Source: Chiloscyllium plagiosum | Taxonomy: Eukaryota | Length of the DNA: 64,000 nt | Assembly (NCBI RefSeq): GCF_004010195.1 | Contig: NC_057718.1 | Location: 65,422,287 to 65,486,286 of the forward strand | Direction of reading: 5' to 3' | Shown: piece by piece, positions 38,510 through 49,837 of the stretch | Position numbering within the stretch: position 1 is the first letter of the stretch | Layout: every line of letters starts with the position of its first letter | Made by a program: the position numbers and the translations under genes | Notes under the pieces: model-generated | Databases searched by the model: none | What the model saw: the letters and a program-made list of their open reading frames with translations, nothing else | Told to the model about the DNA's origin: nothing

Positions 38510-39429
38510 ATAGTATTACCATAATATATTTACATGAAACAATTACTAACTTGTCTCCTGTTTAGAGAATTCACATAATCAAATTTTGTTTTTGAATTGA
38601 TAAGATCCTGTGAACCTGGCTTTCAATAGTTCCCCAGAAACAAGGAATACCTTGTCTCTATCAACAACATTTTGAGTTTTCACAGCTACTTGACACATTA
38701 GTTGGAAATATAGCCTCTGAGCTGTGATTTATAATTTTATCTTTAATTCTAATTCTAAATCCTCATACCTCACATCCTTACATCAGTTCAACAGGACTGA
38801 ACTTGTTAGGGGCAAATTTAATGGCTAACAATACAAAGGAACTCTTTTATCCCAATCATTGGGCATTCTTGACAATAAACTCTAATCATGTCATTTCAAT
38901 GCTCCTTAAGATTCTGGTTGAGGAACACGAGACAGAAATTGTTTTATTCTCAAATTAATAATTATTTATTTGAATATTAGGGACATAAAATTAGAATTTT
39001 GATCTGATTGTATTATTTTGGGTTAACTTTATTTTGCAAAAGACTGAACTATTTTTTCCTTCATAAGCTCCTCTGGAAGATAAATTGTATTATTAGCCAG
39101 CATCAGGGACTGCCTTACTCTAAAGTTTATCAATATCTTTACAAGGTTAGAAGAATAATACCTTTCCCATATTCCACCAGAATCAGTGAAACAGAAAATT
39201 ATTTTTTGATTTCTTGATTATGATTTGAGAGTTCAATGAATCTCACTTAAATACATTTTTATTTCCTAAAATTGGGGAATTGTAGCCTCAAAGTGACTCC
39301 TGTAGCACTCTACATTTAACAAATGATTAAATAAGAACAATCTGATGCTAAAAGTAGAAGATTCAAAGAGACAAAGGACATAGATAATTAAAATGTCAAG
39401 ATCCAAAACAGAAAATAATCCAAACCATT

Positions 39430-40400
39430 CAGGGAATTTTATTTTGAAGAGTTGGATGTTATGATTCTGGAATAAAAAAGAACTTTGGTTAGATCACAAC
39501 TGGTGTAATGTAAGATTTTGTGTATCACATCTTAAGAATACCAAGCTTCAGTGAGAAAGGCAGAGGCTGAGGGGAGACTTGATAGAAGTCTATAAAATTA
39601 TGACAGTCATAGATGGGGTTGATGGTTAGAATTTTTCCCAGAGTTGAAATGTCTAACACTAGGAGGCATGCATTTGAGGTGAGAGGGAAAACTTTAAACA
39701 AGATGTGAAGGGCAGTGTTTTATGCAGAGAATGGTAGGTATCTTGAATGCCCTGCAAGGGATGGTTGTGGAGGCAGATACGAAAGGGGCATTTAAGGGAC
39801 TTTTAGATAAGCATATGAATATGCAAGGAATGGAGGGATATGGACCAAGGACAGATGGAAGGGATTAGTTTAATCTGGTGTGATGTTCGGCACAACATCG
39901 TGGGCTGAAGAGCCTATTCCTGTGATATACTGTTCTATGTTCTAAGAAGAGTATAATGGTTATACTCTTATAATGGTTATAAGAGTATAGCACAGACTTA
40001 CTCAAGTAATATCTGGAGTTAAAGGGTTGAATTGTGGTCGTACTCTTGAGAATTCAGAGCAGTTGATCAAAATAGTCTAGATATTAAGGAGCAGAGCTTG
40101 GGAGAAATTATTTCTGCTGGTTGGGATGTTGAGGGCCAGGAATCAGAATGCAAAGTTAAATCCAGAACATCTGGGAGTGACATATGGAAATATTTCTCTT
40201 TCAAATGTTGGAAGAGATTTGGAACTCTCTTTCACAATTGACAATAGATCTCAAATCAATTGTTAATTTTAAAAATGAAATCGATAGATTTTTTGTTTGC
40301 AAGAGATGCTAACTGACTTTGGGCAAAGGCAAGTTTTGGATTTAGTCACAAATCAGTCATTGTCTTGTTGAAAAACAGGTTTGGGTTGATTGATAGATTG
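39430..40400 (+). mobile_element. Nested decayed CR1 3' fragments
   Basis: RLRGDLIEVYKIM coding; ttctatgttct end at about 39943; an older copy continues afterwards. Confidence 0.75.
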
Positions 40401-41199
40401 ACCCTTTTCCTTCATTTCTATGAAACCAGGAATGCTGTCAATAGTTACAGTAGAATCTTGGAGGGTTCAGGAAAGCATGGATAATCTGGCTTAGTGGAAA
40501 GACTTACTACTTCGCAAAAATGAGGTAGAAGAAGAACATACTAAAGGTATTGTCATTTGTCAACCATTTACTAATTAAGGATCCCCTGTTCTAAAGCATC
40601 AGCCCACATGTCTGTCATTTTCAGTGACTCTTACCAGCACCTATTTTCAATGAGAAAACTGTTGTTGAAACCTAAAGTTATGGCTAGAAGATTTTGAAAT
40701 GCCCAGTAGGAACAAGAACAGCTGTTTGTCCTGTTTTCATTGAAATTAAATGAAACAACACATGAAGAACAGAGTTCAGAGATCAGAATGATATGGAGAA
40801 CAAAAGTGACAAGAAAACAGTATATCTTAACAAGATGGGAATATGGGTTGGTTTGTTATCTCATTCAAGTTAGCCATTCTTGCTCTCAAACAAACATGTT
40901 TCATTGAAGGATGACCCAGTCTGCATTTGGTCTTCCTGTTCTGGAAAAGACCACATTGTGAGTGGCAAATACCCTGTGTAATAAATTGGAAGAAGTGCAA
41001 ATTTATCATTGTTACATTAAGAAGAAAGGTGTGAAGCTCTGGTTTTGGGAAAGAAGGAGATTAACAGGCAGGTGGTAGCTCCCCTATGCTCCCTTGTTAA
41101 GGTCTCAGTGGAAGAGGAACAAATGAAAGAGTGTCACAGGGTAGCACAGAGGAAATAGTCCCTTTGGAAGATTTAATTTGGAGGGAAGGGATAAAATGA

Positions 41200-42930
41200 T
41201 AACGAGGGTAACCTTCGAGGGTAATCTTGCAAATGATATCAAGGCACACAACAAGAGCTCCTTTAAAAGTACAGAGCAACCGCCATATCTCTGAAATCGG
41301 CTTCCGCGGTTTTAGTTATCCGTGGTTTGCCATGTCTCGGAAATATTACATGGAACATTCCAGAACAGGAACTCGGGGGCTACTGGGGAGGCAAATTTCT
41401 GATTTAAATGAATGGGTTCGCTACTATCTGCAGTTTTGGGCATCCATGGTAGGTCTTGGAACTTATCCCCCAAGGATATGGGGGGGGACTACTGTATGAA
41501 ATCAAGAAAAAAGAACAGTGTACATTGGCCCATTAGAGAATAACCATGGGAAAAAATTGGGGAACTAGGAAATGCCACAGTGTTGAATAAATTCTTTGCA
41601 TCAGTCTTACAGTAGAAAATAATAATAGAATTCCAAATATATTTTATAATCAAGGGGCAAAAGGAGGAGAGGAAATAAATATGTCTATCACCAGAGATAA
41701 AATGCTAGGGAAATTAATGGTGCTAAAGACCACTAGGTTAGTTAGGTTAATATGTGTTATTGGGAAAATGTTTGTTTCTACTATAAAGGATGTATGTAAG
41801 AAGTACATAATATGAAAAAGCAAAGTCAGCTTAGCTTCATGAAAGGGAAATCATGCCTGACAAATTTAGTAGAAGTCTTTGAAGAGATGACAAGCAGGAT
41901 AGATAAAGGGGAAGCAGTGGGTATATTTGGATTTTCAGAAAGTGTTTGAGAAGGTACCACACATTAGTCTATTTAATAAGATAAGAGCCCAGGGTTTTGG
42001 AGGTAATATATTCACATGGATAGAGGATTGGCTAACTCACAGAAGTTGGAGAGATGGGATGAGGAGAACCTTTTCAGGATGGTAACCTGTAACTAATGGA
42101 GTGCTACAGTGATCAATGCTGGGACCACAATCATTTACAACATATACTAATGACTTGGATTAAGAAAATAAAAATGCTATATCACCAAGTTTTCAATGAC
42201 ACAAAAATATACTGTGGAAGGAAGAATAGAGAAACCTAAATGGAGAAAGGCTGCAGAAAACTATGGAACAGAGGGATTTGGGAGCCCTTGTGCACAAATG
42301 ACAAAAAGCTAGCATCCAAGTTCAGTCGGTGGTGGAGAAGACAAATGGAAGGTTCATCTTTATTCCAAAGGGAATGGAGTGTAAATGTAGGGAGGCTTTT
42401 ATAAAACAGTACAAGGTCTCAATCAGACCACAGCTGAACAATTTGGGCCCTTTATCTAAAGACAGATATATTGGAGGCAGTCCAGAGAAGATTCTCTAGG
42501 CTGATCCTAGTGAACTAGGAGAGACTGTCTTATGAGGAGATGTTGAGTTGGTTGGGCCTGTACTCATTGGAATTTAGTAGAATGAAAGTTGACCATTTGA
42601 AACATTTAAGATTCTTAGGGGACTTGAAGGGAGATGCAGAAAGATTGCTTCTCCTGAGGGGAAAGTTTGGGGTCAGAGTGCATCATCTCAGAATAAGAGA
42701 TTAAACAGAGATGAGGAGGAATTTCTTCTCTCAGAAAGGCGTGAATCTGTGGAATTCTTTACAGCAGAAGCTGGCTTGTTAAGCATATTCAAGGTAGAGA
42801 GTCAGATTTTTAATCATTAAGGGAATCAATTATGGGAAAAAGGCTGGAAAGTGGAATTGTAGGCTATGAGAGCAGCCATGATCGCATTGATTCGTGGAGC
42901 AGTCTCAAGGACTGAATGGCTCCTGAGTCT
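41200..42930 (+). mobile_element. Decayed CR1 ORF2 plus 3' end
   Basis: Remnants of FMKGKSCLTNL, LDFQK.F.KVPH, LGPQSFT.Y.NDLD. Confidence 0.8.
41272..41494. mobile_element. Tc1/mariner Tigger-type MITE (MER44/Tigger7-like)
   Basis: TA at 41270-41271 and 41495-41496; right TIR ggatatggggggggactactg, left TIR degenerate; interrupts the CR1. Confidence 0.75.
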
Positions 42931-44371
42931 TTTCATAAGAAAGATGTGCTTGGTGATGACATTTCCTAGAGATGATCATTTAGATTAAAAAAAGTGTATT
43001 TAGTGATATTAATATTCCTAGGCTGAAAGGAAACAATTCAGTATTCTCCTGCCAATTATGCTGTGAGTAACTGAGGATGATCATGTCTACTTGATTTATT
43101 TGTAACTCCTCCAGTATTTTGCTGGAGAAATCTGTTTTTATGCAGATATGTCCCTGCAACTTAGATTTTTTTGCTGTATTTTGTGGAAACTTGTTTTAAA
43201 TAGACATGGTAAATTATTAGCTGTAATGTGCTCTTTAAACAGACCCTGTTTGCTGAGTAAATAAACTTTGTTTGAATCCTGCCTTATACCATGATCCACC
43301 TCCAAATCACTGGCTGACATGCGGGAGGGAATTTTACCAAACCCATCCCCGTCACCTGAGAGGAAGGGGGCTTTGGTTCAAAATAGCCTCCTTGAGCAGG
43401 CAAGTAGCAAGGGGGCTACAAGCAACTAACATGTTCTCACAGGGCTGATCAGTTATTTAAATGGACTAGTAAGGCTACACGCCTTAAAAACACATTTAGA
43501 TTTCACAACTGTGGGCCAGGTTTCCCAGAGGAAAGGCAACCAACCAAAGGGAGGCAAACTTTCAGCAGGTATTTGATCTTCCAGCATTGCTTGTGGATGA
43601 AGAATCACAGGAGTTCATCCTTTTAGCTTCTCCCCTTACATGCAATCCCCTCTAATCACCTGTGATCTCCCCAAACCAGCAACTCCTTCTAACCAGTGAT
43701 CTCCTTCTTTCTACTTCCTGACAGGCCTTCTTGGCCAACAACCAGTCAACCACTCAACTTAACTAACTTTCAGCAGGGATATGGAAATAACATTCAAATG
43801 GTTTCTTGCCATTAGATGTAACAGGACCTTTGAGTTATTGTATTTCCATATTTCTCTCCTCCACAAACCCCAGCCATTAAGCCATCATCATCTCCTGCTC
43901 CCTGCTTGCTTCCCTTGAATTTCAACACAAGTGCAACTCAATGATTGACACGTCTGCATCAGTGAAAATAAAACAACTCACGGTTTTCTCTAGCTTCTCT
44001 CCTAACTCTGTTCAAGTCCTCTCCAATCTCAACCTGTCCATGATATTCCCACTGAACTACTGTCCGTGCAACTTCCCTTCCAGCCCCCATGTTTACTGAT
44101 ATTACTAATTGCTCTCTCTACAGGTTTTATCTGCCACCTCCACCTCTGTGCACAAAAAAGTAACCTTGATGTGATGCTCTTGCAAACCAACCCTAACCTC
44201 CCTTCCCTCTCTCAAGTCCAAAAACTTATAATTGCTTATCACATCCCTGCCTATCTTTTTCAGAACACCATTTTGAATCCCTTCAATCAGGTTTCTCTCC
44301 TTGTCATAGTACTGAAATTGTTCTTACCTTGTTTCATACTCTAATCCCTTCTTATTTTGATAATAGTGTTC

Positions 44372-44625
44372 AAGTGGAGTGATGCTGACATAGTAGTAAT
44401 GTCAATGGACTTGAAGAAGGGCTTATGCCCGAAACGTCGATTCTCCTGTTCCCTGGATGCTGCCTGACCTGCTGCGCTTTTCCAGCAACACATTTCCAGC
44501 TCTGATCTCCAGCATCTGCAGACCTCACTTTCTCCTCAAAGATAGTAACCCATAGTTCCAGGATAATTTTCTGGGCATGTGAGCTTGAATCCAACCATGG
44601 TAAATGGGTGAAAATTTAATTTGAT
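44372..44625 (+). mobile_element. Old tRNA-derived SINE head, split by a family A insertion
   Basis: Box A-like tgacatagtagt and box B-like cttgaatcc; sequence resumes after 44543. Confidence 0.5.
44411..44537 (+). mobile_element. Family A single-arm mini-element with tail
   Basis: Begins at the hammerhead core (tgaagaagggcttatgcccgaaacgtc), ends ctcactttctcct; no TSD seen. Confidence 0.9.
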
Positions 44626-44864
44626 CACGCAGGCTTTTAAAATGGATGTTTGCACTAAACATTCTGGTCCTTCCACTTAGTAAAATGGTCAGACATTGGA
44701 ATGGTCACCCTTCCCTAGTCAGACTGCCTCCCTCCCTGGTCAGTCTGCATCCCTTTCCCTTGGCCAGACAGAATTCTATACATGCCATCCACCTTGAACT
44801 GTGTCCATTAAACTCCAGTCTCCTTACATCAATCATCCTCATTTGGAACCTGCATTATCCCCAA

Positions 44865-45142
44865 CCATTGATGAGGTGGTCCCAGCAGCGAGAGATATTG
44901 GTTGGCCTCGTGCAGGTGGTATTGACATGATGGCTGAGGGGTGGCAGCGCAGGCATTGTTGATGGTGATGAGTTGGCTCAGGACTGGTGATGGACTCACT
45001 TCAAGCTTTATCTTTTTTTAAAATCCTTATCCTTAAATTATTAAAAATGATGCCATATCATGGTGACAAATGAAAGCTTTTCATTGTATTTTACTGTATT
45101 CTTACGTAAAATACACATTACAATAAAATCAAAACCAAATCC
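44865..45142 (+). mobile_element. Non-autonomous element with a Rex1-like 3' tail
   Basis: Shares segments with 48300-48655; ends gcttttca...acaataaaatcaaaaccaaatcc. Confidence 0.6.
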
Positions 45143-45569
45143 AAAAATTTTTTTTTTCTGGTATAGATGCAAGCTTTCCAAAGGGAAGATGGCAGCAGCC
45201 ACACACTAAATTCCAGAAAAATGATTATTTGTCTGTTGCACACTTCTGTCATGCAGTCATGCTTCTGAAAGCACATATTGTTCATTCATGGAGAACATGA
45301 CTGGGAAGAGGAGCGTAATTTAGATGAGCTGGCCTTTTAGTGAGCATTCATAAGATTCAAAATGGCTTCCTGACACTTGTTGTCTGGACATTTGAGCTGC
45401 CTTTAAATTCTCAAGAACTTAATTATAGGAGTCCTCCTGCAATTGGGGTTCTGATATTTTGGCCTCCTGTGTAATTATATTGCTTGACTCACTTTACTTT
45501 CTATTTCTAGCAGCAGCACAAAATACTGTCCTTTGAAACTACCAGATTATCTAAAAAATGCATCTGATT

Positions 45570-45980
45570 CAATATGGCCCTTTAGGAAGGAAATCTGCCA
45601 TCCTTATACAGTCTGACATGCATTTCCAGACTTCCAGCAACATCATGACTCTTAACTGCTTTCTGAAATGGTTTTGAAAGCCACACAGTTGTAGCAAATT
45701 GCTACAAAAAAAGTCAAGCAAGAATAAAACAGAACTGACCACTTCACAGTGATCTCTAAATTAGATACAACAAAGTGCCTCCAAGTCAAAAATTGTGATT
45801 TGGAAATATATCACTGTTTCTTGATCAATATCCAGGAAATCATCCTTGCAATACTGTGGATTTACTTACAACCACATGGACTGCGGTTGTTTTCTGTCAT
45901 CTTTTCAAGGGCATCTATGAATAGACAATGAATGTTGGTCTTGCCAGTGAAACTTATTTCCAAAGAACAAATAATTTTAG
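45570..45980 (+). mobile_element. Old shark SINE/LINE remnant (DeuSINE/SacSINE-like)
   Basis: ttaggaaggaaatctgcc...gactcttaactgc...ctgaaatgg segment recognised from memory. Confidence 0.45.
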
Positions 45981-46970
45981 AAATAATACATAGGTCAGTT
46001 TGAGCAAAGGGTTAGCTTTAGGTAGTATAAAATGTGTTAATATTCTTCATATATTATTCAGAGGGTCAGATGGTGGGTTAGGGAGATACGGTATGAAATG
46101 CAGACCTAGATACAGTGCTGAAGATGATCAATGACCCCACACAAGTGATCATGGTTAAATCCCATAACCCAGTGATTGCACCACTAGCTTCAATGCTCAA
46201 ATCATCACACTCTCGCCAATCATCTGCCAACAGTCTCAATCTATTGGGACACTTCTAACATTATTGCTTCACCTCAGCTTCTCATATCTCACAATGTTCC
46301 AAGACTCACATCCATATTCCATAACTTGCAAAGATTGCCAGTGAGTCAACCATGACAAGCACATTTAGAAAACGTATCGCATGACACCTACTGATACGCT
46401 TCCCTCTTCTTTGAAGGCACAATTAGAGGTAGCAATAGCTAAGTTGACATCCTGAGCCCAATGGTGGAAATGGTCTGATCATTACTGGAAAATATATTGC
46501 CGTGACCCTTTCCAGCCACAGGGACAAAACCAAAGAAGATGACAGTGTAATTATAATGAATCCCTTTCCAAACTGAAGATGGTAAAAGCATGAATCTTTT
46601 ACTTTTACTGCTCTATGGATCTATGGGAAGGTCACTCAGGAGCTCAATGATGACGAGAAGAACCGAAGATTGTGTGAGAAAGGTCACGCTGGGCCATGGT
46701 GACCAAGCACGATGAATCTCACTCAACAAAACCCTAACTGCAAATGGGACAATTCAGCCCAATATAATTCTGTGACATAACATTAAATAGATACTGCTTG
46801 TTCATTTTCTACTGCTACTAAATGTTTTTCCATTTAAAATATAAAATACTCTTTTTTTTTTCAGTGAATAACTGGGAATTCAAATTTCTTTTTAGAAGTT
46901 ACTGATCTCTATAGAGACTTGCATAATCATAACAACAGTAGATAAAATCAACCTGCTCCAAAGATTAAGT

Positions 46971-47172
46971 ACCAAAACAGAAATTGCTGGAAAAAGCATA
47001 GTAGATCTGGTAGCATCTGTGGAGAGAAAGTAGAGTTAATGTGTCAGGTCCAGTGACCAGAAACATTAACACTGTTTTCTCTCCACAAATGCTGCCAAAA
47101 CTGCTGTGTTTTTCTAGCAATTTCTGATTTTGCTCCTGATTTGCAGCATCTGCAATTCTTTGGTTTTTATTT
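46971..47172. mobile_element. Family D palindromic mini-element (older)
   Basis: Inverted arms meet in the hammerhead stem II region; the right arm has an extra tail of about 38 nt; degenerate TSD ccaaagattaagt/cccaagtttaagt. Confidence 0.75.
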
Positions 47173-47381
47173 CCCCAAGTTTAAGTGGTTGATCTGTTCT
47201 AATTGTGTTGGTGTGGACATGTTCCCTTGACGAATGTATGTTCCAGATTGCAAGGTTAAGACAGGGTATTGGCTGGAGCACTGAGATCTAAAATTACAGT
47301 GCTGCTGCCAAATCAACATTGCATGCTGACTAATGTCATGATCTGTCTTTCCGGCAGACTACTGAGGATATTCATTATGTA

Positions 47382-47604
47382 CAAGCAGTCCCTGGGTTGT
47401 GAATAGGTTCTGTTCCTAAGTCCATTAGCAAATCAATTTGTATACAAGTCCAGAACACAATGCAGAACAATATAAAATATTTGATTGTAAGTACAGGAAA
47501 TATTCTTCTGTTAAATCTTTAAAAATATATCCCTGTATGAAATCGCGTTCATACGTATGAGCATTCGTAAGACAGATGTTCATGTTCATGTTCAGGGACT
47601 CCCG
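47382..47604. mobile_element. Tigger-type MITE (second family)
   Basis: TA followed by caagcagtccctgggtt on the left; degenerate ttcagggactcc on the right. Confidence 0.55.
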
Positions 47605-47729
47605 GGACATTAATGCCCTCATCAATCAGACATCTAGTGTGATTCACCCCACAGGTCAATGCATGTTGTTTCGATAAATAGCTTGCGTATTGTGCCTTGA
47701 TATGCTCATGTGACTTCGATCATGAAGGG

Positions 47730-48655
47730 AGGGCCAAGATAATGGCGGATTAGGACTCCTGAGCTTGGTCACTTTTCTATTCATTTCTTTTCTTTTTTTT
47801 CCACTTTTCTTGTATTTCCTTTCCTTCTCCTTTACTTAACTTTTACTTAACTAACTTATTGTTCAGATGGCATCAGCGGTGGCAGGTTATTCTGGCATAG
47901 ACGCGTGGAGGAAGAGTGAGCCAAGTAGGGAGGGGAGTGGGCCCAGCCCAGGGGAGTGGAAGCCCAGTGCAGGAAGAGTGAGCCCAGCACAGGGGAGAGA
48001 ACCCAGTACAGGGCAGAGGAAGCCCAACATGGGTGAGAATGAGCTCAGCACAAGTGGGAGGAAACCCAGCATGAGGGAGAGGAGAGCAGGCCGAGTGTGG
48101 GGCAGAGGAAGCCCAGTGAGTCCTTACTTACTTTTCCAGGGCAAGCACAGGACCCTAGAACAGTAGCTGCTACATCAGCGTTGGTGACATCAGTGAGGAA
48201 GGACGAGCAGTGAAAGATGGTGCCTGAGAATCAGTTACTTCATCGTCAATTGGCTCTGGTGTTGGCAGCAGCGAAGCGGTGGCAGTAGGGCATCATGGCG
48301 ACATTGACGAGGTGGTCCGCAGCTACAGACAAGACTCTGATGTTGTTGGGTTTGGTGAAGGTGGCAGCAGGGCGCTAACAGAGAAGAATCGGCCCAGCAG
48401 CAAAAGATGCTGCCAGAGGTTTGGCAACTCCAAGATTGGATCTGGTATTGATGGCAGCAAGGCAGTGGTGGTTCTGAGCCAGCTCAGAACTCAAACATAG
48501 GTGGACTTCTCTTCAAGCTATATGTTTACTTTTCCTCTTACTCTTAAAGCTATCAAAATGGTGTCATATTGTGGCTACGAATGAATGCTTTTCACTTTTT
48601 TTTGTATTTCGCACTGTAAAATATACATGACAATAAAATCATTAATTCATTCATG
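47730..48655 (+). mobile_element. GC-rich non-autonomous element with internal minisatellite and Rex1-like tail
   Basis: About 20-bp gaggaagcccag-type repeats at 47905-48120; ends gcttttcac...catgacaataaaatcattaattcattc. Confidence 0.6.
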
Positions 48656-48714
48656 TCATGTCATGATAACTAATTAAAGGCTTTTGGGGCAGGAGCTATT
48701 TTACTGACCACATG

Positions 48715-49208
48715 CAACATGGTGTCAAAAGTAAGTGGTGGAATTGAGTGGGTTTTGCCAGTGGTCAGCGGGTTTGGAGTGGAGCGAAGTGATCAGCAGG
48801 CTGGAGGTCCACAGTGGGGTGGCTGGCAATCAGCAGGCTGGGCCCGATGAAGTCAGCTTGTCACAGATGGCGCTCAGTGGCTTGTGAGCCCAGTTGGGGT
48901 CAGCCCAGCATTGGGGACAGCGAGACCACCTGTAGAAAGCTCAGAGCATGGAGTGACTGCAGGTTATGGAAGGACTGTAATGTTTATCTTTTAACTTTAT
49001 TTCTTTGCTTTCCTAATCAATGAATAACTGTAATATTGAACTTTTAACTTTTTTCTTTATTTCTCTATTTTTGTACCTCATCTATTTTAGTATCTAAGAT
49101 TTATAACTAGGTACTTTGTACCTGAGGTGACACTGTGGTTGGCAACACTGTACACGTTTTGCTGTACGCCTGTACTTGAGTACACAAGACAATAAAACCT
49201 AATTCTAA
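48715..49208 (+). mobile_element. Second GC-rich element with a similar tail
   Basis: G-rich body, T-rich segment, ends gtacacaagacaataaaacctaattctaat. Confidence 0.5.
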
Positions 49209-49289
49209 TCTGTAAGAACCAATAGATATAAAAGTGGAGATTGCTTAAACATTAGGTTCTGGAACATAATACAGGATGTCAACAGCTCG

Positions 49290-49837
49290 GTGAGTAATCC
49301 CAGTTTTGGATAACCCAGTACCTTCTTCAGTGAGGATGTTGGGAGATATGAAAGGGAATTGGTAATTTTTTCAGTTTCAAAAGCAGAAATCTGAGAATGT
49401 CTGAACTGAAGAAGAAATGTGAATGAAGACTTAAACCAAATCTCTATTATCACTGATAGAGAAAGAATGCTATGAGCAGGATTGTATCTTACTGATGAAC
49501 AGAAAATAAAGTTATGTGCAATTGTGGAAGCCTTGTATGCCCACTTTGAAACCTTTACTATTGTCGTTTCCAGATGCTCGATGATGAACACTGAAACTTG
49601 GCAAGAAGAAGAATATTGATCAGTGTCTGACTTCACCTAGAGATTGAGCTGAATCTTGTGAATTTCAATAACTGAAGGATGATCTCATGGGAGATATGAT
49701 AGCCTTACATACATGAATCCCCATTAGAGAAGAGAAACTTACACTCAAGAAAGCTATTGACATGTGCAAAAACTCTGAGGTGGTTAATTATCAGCTGAAA
49801 AGTATTGAACGTAGAACTCAAGAGTCTTTGTTCCATT
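49290..49837 (+). mobile_element. Gypsy-type LTR retrotransposon gag remnant (5' part)
   Basis: Degenerate AESCEF..LKDDL..D, EEKLTLKKAIDMCKNSE. Confidence 0.7.

Noticed and set aside
47905..48120. CRISPR-like or coding repeat array
   Set aside because: Degenerate tandem units without unique spacers, in eukaryotic repeat context
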